DNA of 64,000 bases from Podarcis gaigeae (lineage: Eukaryota). The DNA lies in the NCBI GenBank assembly GCA_964106915.2, contig OZ066917.1. One strand, given 5' to 3'. Position 1 is the stretch's first letter, and the number at the start of each line of letters is the position of its first letter. Of this stretch, positions 40,736 to 54,755 are shown one piece after another. Under the pieces are notes generated by a model. The model searched no databases. It was not told the DNA's origin and saw only the letters and a list, made by a program, of their open reading frames with translations. A program made the translations under genes and the position numbers.

Positions 40736-41947
40736 AGTCTGAGCCGTCAAACCTGACCTGTAACAATCCATGGCTGCTGTATCTGACTTGTCCAATGCCC
40801 ATATCTCTCTGAATATGCCCAATTTGCCTTGGGACAAAATCCTACAACCAAGATTAAGATTAAATTTGGTTGGCCTCCATCGCAGTCCTCAGGCAATGGT
40901 TCAGTCTCTCCACAGCTTCCCTGAGATATGATGGCGAGAAGAAAAAGAGTTAGGTATCATCCACATATTAGTGGCACAACTTCAGATCTTTATATAGTCT
41001 TTGCTGGTGGTTTTGTGTAGATATTAAAACAATATTGTGTCCGTTTCTTCCTGGATCAAATAAATTTTAGAGATTAGCTTCATACATTGTTAGACATAAA
41101 AAATATTTATATTGTAACATGGGAAATAAATATTCTCGTATACCATTCTATCAGAAACCATCTAGTCCTGGGGCTTTTGCTATTAGCATTGAATGAATGA
41201 CACAAAAGATGTCATGATAATGATATGATAATCACACGATCTGATACTCATTTGCAACTGGTATGTTAATATCCTGAAAGAGCTCTTGAGGGTTATTATG
41301 ATTAGATCTAACAAGGAAACTGCATGAGGGAGCAGGGGCAGGCTGCTTTAAATACCCAAAGAGTGGACCCAAGTGAAGCCTACTAGCCTCAGTTGGTCCC
41401 ACCTCCCAGGAAGAGGCTGACCCCGAGCCTGCTTGCAATAGGCCAATTCACTAGGCAGGCCTAGACTCTGACCTCCTGGACAGCTCAGAGGACCAACTGG
41501 ATCCCCCATTGCCAGAAGACTCCTGCTGGCCAGGAGCCCTGCAGGCCCACGACGACACCTCGACAAGTGGCTAAGCGGAATTGTCTTCCTTACATAGTTC
41601 TTCATGGAACTTCTTTGGGCAATGGTTCCTGTTAACTAGACTGTTTCTGTATTGCTTCTGTTTCTGTATTGCTTTTAACAGAATGCCAGTAGCTCAATAG
41701 CCTTCTCTTCAGACACCTAACAGAACTGTGCAGTTTAAGAACTCTAGCAAACAAATTTACAGCCATTGGGATCTGTGTCGTTTAGGGTGATAGCCAACTG
41801 TGGTGTCCTATTTGTGCAGCAGGCATCTCCATACACAAATAGGACATGCTTCCTTCCCCTCTACAGCTCCCCCACACCCCAAAATCTGCTTCAGAGGGTT
41901 GGAGTAGATGGACGCAGCAGGGAGAGGAAAGGATGAGGAATTCCTCT

Positions 41948-42069
41948 CTGAAGGTAGTCCTGTTCAGGGAAGCTTTTAATGTCTGACATTTTATTATTAT
42001 TTTATATTTTGCTGGAAGCAGCTCAGAGTATAAACAATTATTATTATTGTTATTATTATTATTATTAAT
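41948..42069 (+). mobile_element. Short L2 3' end with (TTA)n tail, same subfamily as 32019-32491
   Basis: ctgaaggtagtcctgttcagggaagcttttaatgtctga closely matches the reverse complement of about 32174-32212. Confidence 0.8.
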
Positions 42070-43257
42070 CCATTGCATCTGCTATCGTGACATTGGATCT
42101 CACTCTTCGTTTTGAGACCACATGATATCAGTATTAAATGAAGCATTTCTGTCATGAAAAGGTTCTAATACAAAACTATAACATCACCAATAATTAAAGA
42201 AGAAGAATCTATTGACGTCTGTGGAAAAAAAATGCATGTTTGGAATAGTAACATTAGCTATAGATAGGATTTTCTGGTCTATCCATAAAATCACTGCAAT
42301 ACAGCTTTTCCCTGCGTCAGCTGTTTTCAACACTTCAAAATGAATTTTATATGGACCAAAGTGCTACTCTTCTTGCTCAACATGAAAACTCATTAGCAAA
42401 TGCTCTGCCAGCTGGATCTATAACTATCACTATTACATATATAGGTTTCTTTTCTGCTGCTTTTATTATTTGAAATGCATTTAAAAATTGGATTTGCTCA
42501 TTAACACTTTAACTTTTCATGTTAAACCTAATAGGGGAGGGCTAAAAAAAATCACATAATCATTAACAAAAATGTATTATGCCACCAAAATTATTGCACT
42601 CTTTATTTATTTTGTTGATATAAGTTACCGAGTTCATTTAATATATGCATTTCATCCTTTTGTGCCGTTGCTGCAACGTCTCTGTTTTGTAGGTTTTTCA
42701 GGAATAGAAAAACCTCAGCTTCTGACTTATTCCTAATGCCTGCCTTTTATGACTTACACACACCCAACAAAGAAGCTGAAAACTAACATTTCGTCAGAAG
42801 TCTTATTAAAGCACAGTATTGCCTATTCAGCTTTTCCTTTTAAGCTATGTTTATTTCCCATTAGACGATTTATTATTTTACAACTCCTTTGTTGTGTATA
42901 AAGAGATAAGTTTGTAAACACGGAATTTTCACCTCATTTATTTTGATTTCTTAAACATCACAAACGACTTGATTCTGTATTTCCATTAACTGACTGTCCT
43001 GAAACTTTACCAGAGTGCCCCACAGTTACCCTCTGTAGTTAATCTTATGAGAATTATCAACACAGATTATTACTCCACCAAGTAAAAAAGCAACACGTTC
43101 AACTTTCTTGAACTTGAATAATCATAACATATGTTGATTTTTTTGGTAAGCCTCATAGGTGCATATTGTTTCACGCTGGATGTGCCAAGTCAGATTGTTA
43201 GGTCATCTATCCCTGTATACCGTTTGTTGAGCGGCAGCAAGTCTCTAAGATCTATAG

Positions 43258-43393
43258 CAGGCATAGGCAAACTTGGCAATCCAGATGTTTTGGGACTACA
43301 GCTCCCATCATCCCTGACCGTTGGTCCTGTTAGCTAGGGATCATGGGAGTTGCAGTCCCAAAACATCTGGAGGGCCGAGTATGCCTATGCCTG
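43258..43393. mobile_element. Palindromic hAT MITE (CAGGCATAGG family)
   Basis: Perfect 8-bp TSD ATCTATAG at 43250-43257 and 43394-43401. Confidence 0.95.
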
Positions 43394-43608
43394 ATCTATA
43401 GCTTATGTCCTTTCCCGCCCTGCTATCTGGAATGCTTTGACTGAAGGTTCTTGGACTGAACCTAGGACCTTCTGCCTAGTCTTTCCTTGTCTTAGATTTA
43501 AATAATAGTTCCATGTTCATCTATACAAACTCCTCAGTCTATGACACTGTGCTTTTGCTAGATTTTTGCCCATCTGGGCTTCTTAGAGGAAGGTGCAGTG
43601 TTTAAATC

Positions 43609-43611
43609 TAA

Positions 43612-43645
<34 letters not shown>
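43609..43645. repeat. (TAAA)n microsatellite, probably an L2-type tail
   Basis: Direct reading. Confidence 0.9.
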
Positions 43646-43646
<1 letters not shown>

Positions 43647-44548
43647 GCAGGATTTTCTTTTAATGGGATAGTTTGTAATAGATTATCTGTGCAGATATAG
43701 AAAGGCAGAAAATAAACAATTTTGCCATTGTTTATTTCCTATGCCTTAGAAAGATTCTGTAGATAAATTTTGACTTGGACATATAAATATCAGAACAGAA
43801 GATGCATTTAATACCTCATTATTTAAATGGTTGCAGAACACTAAAGCTTACAGAAGTGTTTAACTTTTTCCTAACCAGTTGACTTATTCTTTCTTAATTT
43901 ATACTTTATTAAAAATTTCAACACATAACAGAGAAAAAAAAAGTTTGTCTCTCAAACTCAGGCTGACTTCTAAGAATTTGTGGCAATGCATAGAGAGATT
44001 TTTGTTCTAAGTGTTGAAGAGTGTAATTTGTTTTTCATATAAGCTGATTAACTAATAAGTATTTCTGAAGTTTTTAGAATAAAACTAAGCAAATGTCTAT
44101 CATTAATAATAGATCATTCAGTTTGGGTCCAACTAATTAAACAGCATTGCATTTGGTGTCTATATCAATTTCAGAGCTGAGCTGACAACTGAAAGTCAGC
44201 AAAAGAATAAACGATATAGGTCTTTTGTTATTGTACTTGAAAATGATGGTGTGCTGGGCTTCTTGTGCTTAATTTGTTGCTTATTTTATGTCACCCTATT
44301 ATATTGCAGGGTCTAACGTAACATCAAACTATTTGTATAATTCATTTTTAATAAGTGTGTATTAAAAACATCACAGAAATACTGGAATTTAATAATTTAT
44401 GTGATTGAGACTTCTAAACATTAAGGCATAATGAATTCATAAGAAGACAGCAAGCGATAAAGTCTGCTCTGTTCCCTAGTGCACTTAATATATGTTTCTG
44501 CCACTCCCACATGGCAGCCAATGGAAATCTTCAATTAAAAGTACATTT

Positions 44549-44750
44549 AGCCTGCAATCTTATACACACTTATTGGGGAATAAGATATAGTGAGGTTAAT
44601 TACTTCTGAGTAAACATGCATAGATTGTGCTGTTAGAATTGTACTGAGAAGCCTTAGTAGGCAACTAACAGTGCAATCGAATGCATGTCTACTAAAAAGT
44701 AAGCCAGGAAGACTTGAAGGGATCTCTTCCCAGTTAAGAGTGTATTAAGC
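44549..44750. mobile_element. Two short squamate MITE-like repeats in inverted arrangement; other copies at about 11274, 23050 and 30226
   Basis: gcaatc.tatacac...gagtaaacatgcatagattgtgctg motif on both strands. Confidence 0.6.
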
Positions 44751-45686
44751 TCCTGGAAGTCCTGGAATCTTGCGCCACTTGGAGATTGGGATGGCACACT
44801 ACAATACTGACAGCATTTGGAATAAATACCTATTAAAAGCAAGACAGAGATTTCAGAAATAAGTTTCTTGCCTTTAATCTCCAGTTCAGGAGGCTTGGTA
44901 AATGTTTTCAGCATTCCAGCTTCTATATGCTCAATAGCAGGTGCTGTTTTTCTTCCTACGCGTAGAAGGAGAGAGGGTAGTATGTTTATCACTAAAGCGT
45001 GTTACTCTGACAAAAAGCAAATCTTTCAAATGGCATAATCTATACTTAGAGCCAAAGTGCAAGCAACAAATCAATCACATCTTCATTTGCAAGATACATT
45101 GATAGAAGATTTTAGCTGTGCTTCTTTACATGCTTTTGAAAATTAATTGAAGTTCTATTCAAAAGGAGGCATAAGCTGACAATGTATCTAAGACTTTGCT
45201 AGAGCTTAACTCTCTGTCTGTTTGATCTTTAGCCTGCAAAAAGTCAGAAATCTGCCATGTGCTCTCATCAAAAAACCTAGAGTCAGAGTAAGGCAAAGCA
45301 CACCACTACATTTTTAAAAAATATATGCTTGGCCTACGAGAAGTCCAGGTTGGAAATATATTTATGGAGTTGCTCATTGTACAGCAGAGCACATTATGAA
45401 CTTGGATTGAGTCCACATTTCAGTAAGTAATCTAAAATTCCAGAAACAGACATAGGTCAATAAGTGCAAAACTTTCTTGTGGCTCTACTGCTTTTTGGTA
45501 CTATTGAAAATTATCCAAAAGACAATTCCTTTTATTTGTCATCCATTGTGATTTGGATTCAGCTATCATTAGCAGGATGTAGGTGCAACCATAGTATCTG
45601 ATTCAGGTTGGTGGTTCACCTATTGTAAAATTGACAAATGACTAGGTAAGCCTTGACAATATCAATAGCAACACTTGCCTTTCTCT

Positions 45687-46111
45687 CTCACTTTTTTTGT
45701 TACTCATTTTTTAAATTAATTTATTATTATTATTAATTGACATCCATACACAATCTTAGGTACATGTACAGCCTTAAATAATTATACCATTAAATTTTGA
45801 TTTAAACTTGTATTTGTACATGTTCTTTTCTTATAATTTCTAACTAAACAAAAATAAACCAAAATAAAAATCAGATAAACTAAATTATATGAAAACAGAC
45901 TTCCCATCATTTCCCAACCTAAGTTACATTTACAACATTGAATGTACTTATACTTCTTACCTTACTCTTACTATAGTTTCTAGTACTTTCTTATAACATA
46001 TCGTACCGTTTTGCCTTGCTGAGTAGTATTTAATTTACATAAGGGTCATTCAAACGCTGCCATAGATGTTATGTCATTGTTATATTTTTGTAGGTATTTC
46101 TTAAACATATC
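45687..46111 (-). mobile_element. 5'-truncated L1-type LINE with 15-bp TSD
   Basis: Exact direct repeat cacttgcctttctct at 45672-45686 and 46112-46126; T-rich reversed tail; minus strand ends an ORF DMFKKYLQKYNNDITSMAAFE* resembling the L1 ORF2 C-terminal F..YL motif. Confidence 0.8.
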
Positions 46112-47029
46112 CACTTGCCTTTCTCTGTGAATTGTTCATTGCACTGGAGCTAATGTGTATATTCCATCTTCTTATAGCAGTGAAATAACAATCAGTAGAT
46201 ATTTGCTAGATTAAGTGCTAGATAACAAGAGCTTTAGTGGCAATTCTAAATGAGTGTCACAGTTCGATAATCCTCAAGCCTGATCGGTATCTATGATAGT
46301 GACTGCAGAATTCAACTCATGAATCAGTTTTCCTTGTGCTCAGCTTCACCTACATTCTCACTTTCAGTAACCTGTATATGAAATAGATGGTTCCAGAATA
46401 ATGGAACATTTATGTAGCCACTTAATTCACCCATGTTCCCTAGTAGCATGGAATTGCATCACAGAGAAGCAGATTTCAATATGCAAGTGAAGATGCCCCA
46501 TGTCAACACAGTGCACCATTGCTCAAATTAAACTTGCATTAATGACCACATATTTTCATTGAAATATATCTTTCTTCCTTATCCCATCTAAAGAAAACTA
46601 GATAATATCATTCACTAGTAAAACTGTTGTAACATAAAATTATTACGTATGAAACAGTCTCTGTATCTTCTGACTTTCTTTTCAGGATCCCATCAGTGAG
46701 TGTGTTTTCATGGTATCAGAATTCTCCCTATCTTGATGAACTAGTTGATAGCAGACATATTTCAGGAACAGAAAGAGAGGAGGAGGGGACAGTAATAGGG
46801 GGCTTTCCATCCGTTTCAATAGGAACATTTTTATTTCTATTACCTTTCACAGCCAGAATATTATCCAGATAGCAGCTCCTGATTGAGCACAGGTTTGTGA
46901 TTAGGGCCTTGCCATGTTCTCAGCTGTACTCAAAGTTCTTGCCAGTGTTGAATGGGCAGTTGAGCTCTCTTACCAATATCTGTAATTAAACAGGGAGGGA
47001 AACTATTAATGGCTGCTTCCACTACAGAA

Positions 47030-47165
47030 GACAGTATGCCTCTGAATCCGAGTCGCAAAGCTCTGCATACTGACATCCCATTGACATGTGGTTTGCTACT
47101 GTGAGGACAGAATGGTAGACTTGATGGGCCCCTGGCCTGATCCAGCAGGATTCTTATCTTCTTAG
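47030..47165 (+). mobile_element. CR1-type 3' end fragment
   Basis: gatgggcccctggcctgatccagcagg...ttcttat tail. Confidence 0.65.
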
Positions 47166-48633
47166 AACTAAACACATGATGTGGGATTTTTAATTGTTTG
47201 GGAACTTATGCAAGTGCATCCCAAATGAGTAGGTTTCCCCTTTGCAGCTTTCTGCAGTTAAGATGTGAATATTGTGGGGGCAGGGAAGGGCAGCAAGACA
47301 TGTAATGTCAGAGACAGGAGACCTTTTCGCTTTACTCCACATACAGAGATCATATCTGCAGAGGGTCTGTGCTTTGTCTTGCATATAGCCAGACATCAAC
47401 ACTGCCTTATAAGTTGGCATACTGTTGTTTTTACAGCTGTGTCTGAAAGGTAAAAAGGAGTAAAGTGAAAAAAATGTTAGCAAATAGCTGAATTCAGCAT
47501 TGAATCACTAGCATTACGTATGGTACAGAGTAGGATATTCAATCAGACCTTTTTACAAGCAATTGATATTCTCTATAGCCTGTGCATAATGCTGTCTAGA
47601 GAGTTAGATGGATGTTAACATTTCATTACTCCTGCCATTGATTTCTCCCTACTTTCTTCACAACAAACATCAAAATGTGACCTCTTATTCCACTGAATTA
47701 GTTCCAGAGCACTTGGCATTATTGACTCCTTAATGAAAATTAATGGTGGCTTCTTTCATTCAATCTTATAAGTAAGCAAACAGAATGCATATATTGAAAA
47801 GAGTACATTTATTTCCCATTGGAAAAGAAATAATATTATATTCAAAACAAAAGCTCACCTTAATGCAATGAACTGGGTTCATTGAAACAGAAATAAAAAG
47901 GATGGCTTTCATTGCAGTCTCCATTATCTTTTTACATATACATACTTGCATCCACCAGATTTGTTTTCAAATGAATGTTAGAAGTGGGGTGGGGAGGGCT
48001 GATCTGTTACTTCTCAAACAAATTCTTCTCACATTATTTGCAAAACTTTGCATTTATAATTTCAGTTTTTCCAACAATCCCAATTATGCATGTTTTATTA
48101 TATTTCTTAAAATGGGCAAGTTGAGCCATAGAATTTCAGTTAAATTTATTAGCAAAGGGATGATCTAGTCTCTTTCCCCTTCCCCTATTCGCTGTATTAC
48201 TTGAGTTCCCTGCCACCATCCCTATTCCCATTGACAGTAGTGCCACACGCAGGTATTCTTGTGGGAGAAAGGCATACACCTATGCTGCATGCAAGAGAGA
48301 TGTTAAATCAGGGCCATGCTGGCTAAAAAGAGCTCCTTCTGAAAGCAAATTTTGAAACTTTATATTTGAATCCTGAAATCCTAATGAAGATACTAATTTT
48401 GAATCCGACAATGATTTGAACAGTAGAGCATATAATACTGAAACAATTTTTTTCCAAAATGGGTTCTCGAAATCCAGATATCTGCCTTTTTTCTGCTTAT
48501 TGCATGCTAGTAAATAAATCAATACTGTACATTACTTTTGAACTTTCACTATGTGCACATCCGTCGTCCTAAGTTTTCAGTAACTGAAAACATGAGCCGT
48601 GATCCAGTGATGGGCCTGTACTTTTTGTCACAC

Positions 48634-49158
<525 letters not shown>

Positions 49159-49922
49159 TAATGCAGTATTGTTTCAATGCTGTCTCATAAAAAACTGTAG
49201 TAAAGTTTAGCAGTAATACTACCAGTTGCAAATATTAGATTCAATGTATTCTCTTTAGCTAAAACAAAGAAGAAAATGAATGTCCATTACACACTGATAA
49301 ATCACGCAAAACCAATATCTGTGATCCAGGAACTTGATATGTAAAATGTATCCAAAAATTGAGGATACAAAATAAAATTATTCAAAGTTACAACATATTG
49401 CGAAAAATATCACTTAACAATAAGACCAGGATGAAAGTTGTCTGTAAACTGTTCAGAAGTGCCCTGAAAATGCCTCTCAGGTCACCTTTTTGCAATGCAC
49501 CTGTTTCACAGTGCTTCTCCTCCTCACAGCTGTGATCTTCACCATTATCACCACCACCTCAAAGTCCCCCAAAATGAGGGCTGGAAATATCTTCCTCACC
49601 CTGGCTTCAGATGATATAGTATTATTCCTAATAAAATCAAGAGTAAGAACAACATTCCTGTTCTGACTCTAAGAGACTTCTTGTCAAACAAAATGGTGCC
49701 TATGAGCCACCAGAACATCGCTAGTAATTTCTGGTGGATTTTTACCCTTTACCCTAAATACCACTGAAATGCTTTCAACTTTGCCTTCTGCAAATGGGAC
49801 AATGGAGCGGGTTCAACTCAACCAAAAATTGTAGAACATCTGGCACTCAGTCCAATCCTGCCATGAATGCAGTGACCATGAACAGAGGAATCCCCATGGT
49901 GTATAACAGCGCCCAGTTGTGT

Positions 49923-49945
49923 ACACACACACACACACACACACA
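49923..49945. repeat. (CA)n microsatellite
   Basis: Direct reading. Confidence 0.95.
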
Positions 49946-50396
49946 AATATAGCAGGCTAACATGACACTTGCCTCATTAGTCCATTATTGGAAATAGGAA
50001 GGGCTTTTTTTCTTGTTGACCTTTTTTTAGGGCGGATCACCCACCGTCGCCAGGGAGTACTGGCTGAAAAAAAACCTGGGAATAGGGAATTTATGCATGC
50101 CTCTGATATCTTTGTCTAATTCATCTCCTGATTCAAATAAGGTGAATCGCAATCCTTGGAAGAGTAATAAGGTGTACATACTCCTTCCATTGTACCTTAA
50201 CTACTTGACACAGTTCCTGCATGGAGAGAAACAGTGGGGCAAAAGAAGGCTTCATTATGCCCTGCCTGTACAAGAATAACCTCTGAATTAATATGGGACA
50301 TTGAATTGTTTTGAACTGTGAAAAAGTAGGTTCAGTTTGCAAGGAAATTTAAGAACTCAGCTTTTACAACAACTACTACTGCAGAAATGTTCTATT

Positions 50397-50727
50397 TGTC
50401 AGTGTTTGTAAAAAGCAAAAAAAAAAAAAGAAGAAGAAGAAGAAGAAGGAAAGGGTTCTGACCTCCCTTTGTCTCTTCAGCCTGGTCCTCGGACCCTTGT
50501 CTGCATAAAAGAGTCCACGAGAATATCCTTGCAGAGTTTTATTCTTAAAAGTCTTTGTGCAAAACACAACTGAATAACTATACGCACCAGCACCAACCAA
50601 CCCAAACACCAGCCTCAGCACAAACTAACATTTCTCACTTTATATATACAACCTGCTGCAGGCCGCTGAGTCATGCTGACCCAGCTTTATTCACATTAAA
50701 GAAACAGCGGCCATTTTAGCCGTGACA
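50397..50727 (-). mobile_element. Solo LTR (Gypsy/ERV-type), antisense to IL1RAPL1
   Basis: Ends TGTCA...TGACA; perfect 5-bp TSD CTATT at 50392-50396 and 50728-50732; minus strand has TATATAAA (about 50639-50646) then AATAAA (50538-50543). Confidence 0.88.
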
Positions 50728-50784
50728 CTATTGGGCTGAATTTTTGAATCAGCCTTAAACATAGTTTATGCGGGAAAACAGGAA

Positions 50785-51560
50785 TTTTGTCTTACTGTGA
50801 TTTCTAGTTGCAGATTAGGCTGGAGGACATTCCTCTGATAGGGATGGCACCTCCCACTGGATGTGACAGGCAGGTCTCCTGCCTCCTCTTTAGGGGCAGG
50901 AGTCATCCCACTCACCAGATCATCTGAGAGAGAGCAAAGATGACCCCTCATCCTATGATAGACACTGATGCCCACAAGAGACCTGAAACAAAACCTTCAA
51001 CAGGCATACTGACCATCCTCAGACAGGATAACACATTGAAGTAACAAGTTCCTGGTCCCAAGGAAAGAGGGTAATAGAAAGCTCTAATATATCTGGGTGA
51101 GCACAGATGCCCTAAGCCTACTACACCCACCAAACAGTGCAGAAGAAGGAGAGGTGGGCAGAATACCCTCCATCCTAATAGGAAGATAGAAATTCATGGC
51201 ATTTCAAGTTAGCATGTTTTGGCAGATCAGGATAGAGGACATTTCTTGGAAAGGGATATAGTAGAGCAATAAACATACTCAGGGAAGGCTTCCCCTGCAC
51301 CACTGTAACACATCACCACTTTCTGCAGGGCCTTCCTATCAAATGCCACATCAGCAGAACAGAACACATCTACCTTTGAGTGTCTAGTGAAGGTGTGAGA
51401 AGCCCATATGGCCACCTTAAAAATGTCAACCATTGGAAAACCACAATGACATGCAGCAGAATGGGTGCATAGGCTTCACAATCAGCCACGAGATCTGGGT
51501 AACCACTGTTATCTTCTTCAAGGGGGTTGTTCCACAACGGATCGTCACAAATGTGAAGAG
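50785..51560 (-). mobile_element. DIRS (tyrosine-recombinase retrotransposon) 3' remnant
   Basis: Minus translation THSAA...VDIFKVAIWASHTFTRHSKVDVFCSADVAFDRKALQKV (about 51314-51470) matches the recalled DIRS YR C-terminus; frameshifted ISWL/EAY motifs upstream; terminal-repeat-like cttactgtga...gaggacat near 50790. Confidence 0.75.
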
Positions 51561-51787
51561 GAAGGGGGACGGAAAACAATGAATGATGAAGAAGAAAACT
51601 ATTGCCTCACAGCAGGAATCAAAAGGAGAACAGGGAGCAGAGGAAACACACTCAGCCAACACAAATAGAGGCAAAGGGTTTAGAAAAAGTTGGAAAATGC
51701 ACACTAAATAGTCAGAAGACTTTATACAGACCACCTCCTGTACATCCTACAGATAGGGTTAGTCTGGTGCGTGGGATGGCTCCTACT

Positions 51788-51952
51788 GAGGCCCGTGCAG
51801 AGAAGGGGACAGCCAGGTAATTGCCCAGGGCTTTGGAATGCTAAGCTAGCTGGGGGGCCCTGCCAGGGACTGGCTGCTTTTTTATTTGAGTTCATAACTT
51901 TATTCTAACAAGGCTCCTGTCCCAGCCCTCAGACAAGCTCTGCATGGGCCTG
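51788..51952. mobile_element. Small hAT-like element
   Basis: TIR gaggcccgtgcagag / ctctgcatgggcctg; flanks share gctcctac. Confidence 0.55.
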
Positions 51953-52600
51953 GGCATGCTCCTACCTCTGAAGAGGAGGCAGAAAATTTGGTTGGACCTT
52001 GCCTGTCACATCTAGTGAGAGGGGTCAACCCTATCCATGTCCTCCATGCTGATTTGGCAGATTACCACCCCTTGTCTCCCACCATCCAATGCTCTGTTGG
52101 ATTGCTACCAAAAATCCATGAGCTCTATTCCTTCTCCAGGGAACAGGAAAGGAGCCACATTATTAAACATAATGGAATACACTGTTACCTTGCAGAAAGC
52201 CTCCATTGTGGAGGATGGGGCCAAGTCTTTGTCTTTCTCGTTTATAAGAACTATCCAAACTTAGACGTCCCAGTTACAGACCAGACTTTATCCTTTTCAG
52301 CCTTACTAGAAACAATATATCGCCACAAACTTGTTATTAGAACTTATTCCCTTTTTAAAGAAAGGAGTCTGGTTCTAAGTGAAAGAAATGAAAGCTATGT
52401 TAGTATTTGAGTTGAATGCGCAGCAGAAAATGAACTGAATAAAGAAACCCAGTTCGAGGAGCACACTTTACCCTGGACACAATTACACTGAGACTCTAGG
52501 TTTAGGAAAGTAAGAAAGCTAGCATTTATTATTGGAAATGCATTTTTGAAAGGAAATAATCTAATTCTTTTCTTCCCCTGTAAGTTTTATTAAATGTAAT

Positions 52601-53518
52601 AATAATAATAATAATTTTTATTTTTATTTTTATTTATACCCCACCCTCCCCAGCCAAGGCTGGGCTCAGAGCGGCTTACAAGCAATAATAAAAACAAGTT
52701 GAATGATTACAACTTAAAAACAAAATTAAAATACATTAAAATATTGAAACATTAAAATATTAAAATGTAGCCTCATCGCAGGAGAAGAAGGAAAGGAAAA
52801 AAGAAAGAGAGGGAGGGAATCAAATTGGCTCTAAGCCAAAGGCCAGGCGGAACAACTCTGTCCTACAGACTCTGCAGAAAGAAATCAGATCCTGCAGGGC
52901 CCCGGTCTCATGGGGCAGAGCGTTCCACCAGCCTGGAGCCAGAGTTGAAAAGGCCCTGGGCTCTGGTTGAAGCCAATCTAACTTCCTTAGGCCCGGGACC
53001 ACTAGGGTGTTGCTATTTATGGACCTTGAGGCTCTCCGTGGGGCATACCGGGAGAGGCGGTCCTGTAGGTACGAGGGTCCTAGGCCGTGAAGGGCTTTAA
53101 AGGTCAAAAGCAGCACCTTAAATCTGACCTTGTACTCTACCGGGAGCCAGTGCAGTTTGAAAAGAACTGGGTGAATATGCTCCCATGGCAGAGACCCCGT
53201 GAGGAGCCTCGCTGCAGCATTCTGCACCCTCTGGAGTTTCTGGGTCAGCTTCAAGGGCAGCCCCGCATATAGCGAATTACAGTAGTCAAGCCTGGAGATG
53301 ATCGTCGCATGGATCACTGTGGCCAGGTCGGGGCGGGAAAGGTAAGGGACCAACTGCTTGATGCGGCGAAGGTGGAAAAATGTCGCCTTGGCTGTTGCTG
53401 TAACTTGCGCCTCCATGGAAAGGGAGGCGTCAAGGATTACACCCAAACTCTTAACGGAAGGCAATGGCACTAATTGGGCCCCCACCAGAGAAGGGAGTTG
53501 GTCCCTCATCCCCATGCC
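52601..53518 (-). mobile_element. Young 5'-truncated L2-clade LINE (RT C-terminal region)
   Basis: ORF 52820-53515: VKSLGVILD...SRLDYCNSLYAGLP...LQRVQNAAARLL...LHWLPVEYKVRFKVLLLTFKALHGLGPSYL; AT-rich tail; TSD tattaaatgtaat (52588-52600) / tattaaaggtaat (53519-53531). Confidence 0.95.
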
Positions 53519-53957
53519 TATTAAAGGTAATATAATAATAATTATAATAGTTTCATCTAGCTAAGGTGGAGATGCACTGAGCCATGCTTGCATTTGCATC
53601 TCAACTGAAGGAAGCGCCCTGTATGTCTGCTCTTATGAGGGAGGCAAAGAGAAAAGGAAGGTGAGTAGGTGTGGTCAGCAACCCTAATATCATCAGTCTA
53701 ACATTTAAGGAAGATCAACAGCTCAACACTAGAAGAACATTCTAGGAAGTATGAAGGTTCCTCTCTCTTTCCACCCTTTCTCATGCAGATACACCAGCCT
53801 ACTGTACAAGCCAAGTTGCACTCTGCAACAGGGGTATTCCTTTCTTGGTTCCTAGAATGAAAAATGGGAACTTACTTGGGAGGAATTCTTATTTACCACA
53901 CATGACTGACCAAATGGTTATTTGTAAATCTGCACTGAATGTTTGCATAATGCATAA

Positions 53958-54755
<798 letters not shown>

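Noticed and set aside
50452-50482. Hammerhead-like ctgaaga-gac...gtc-agaa on the minus strand of the LTR
   Set aside because: No GAAA directly after the stem and no convincing stems I and III.
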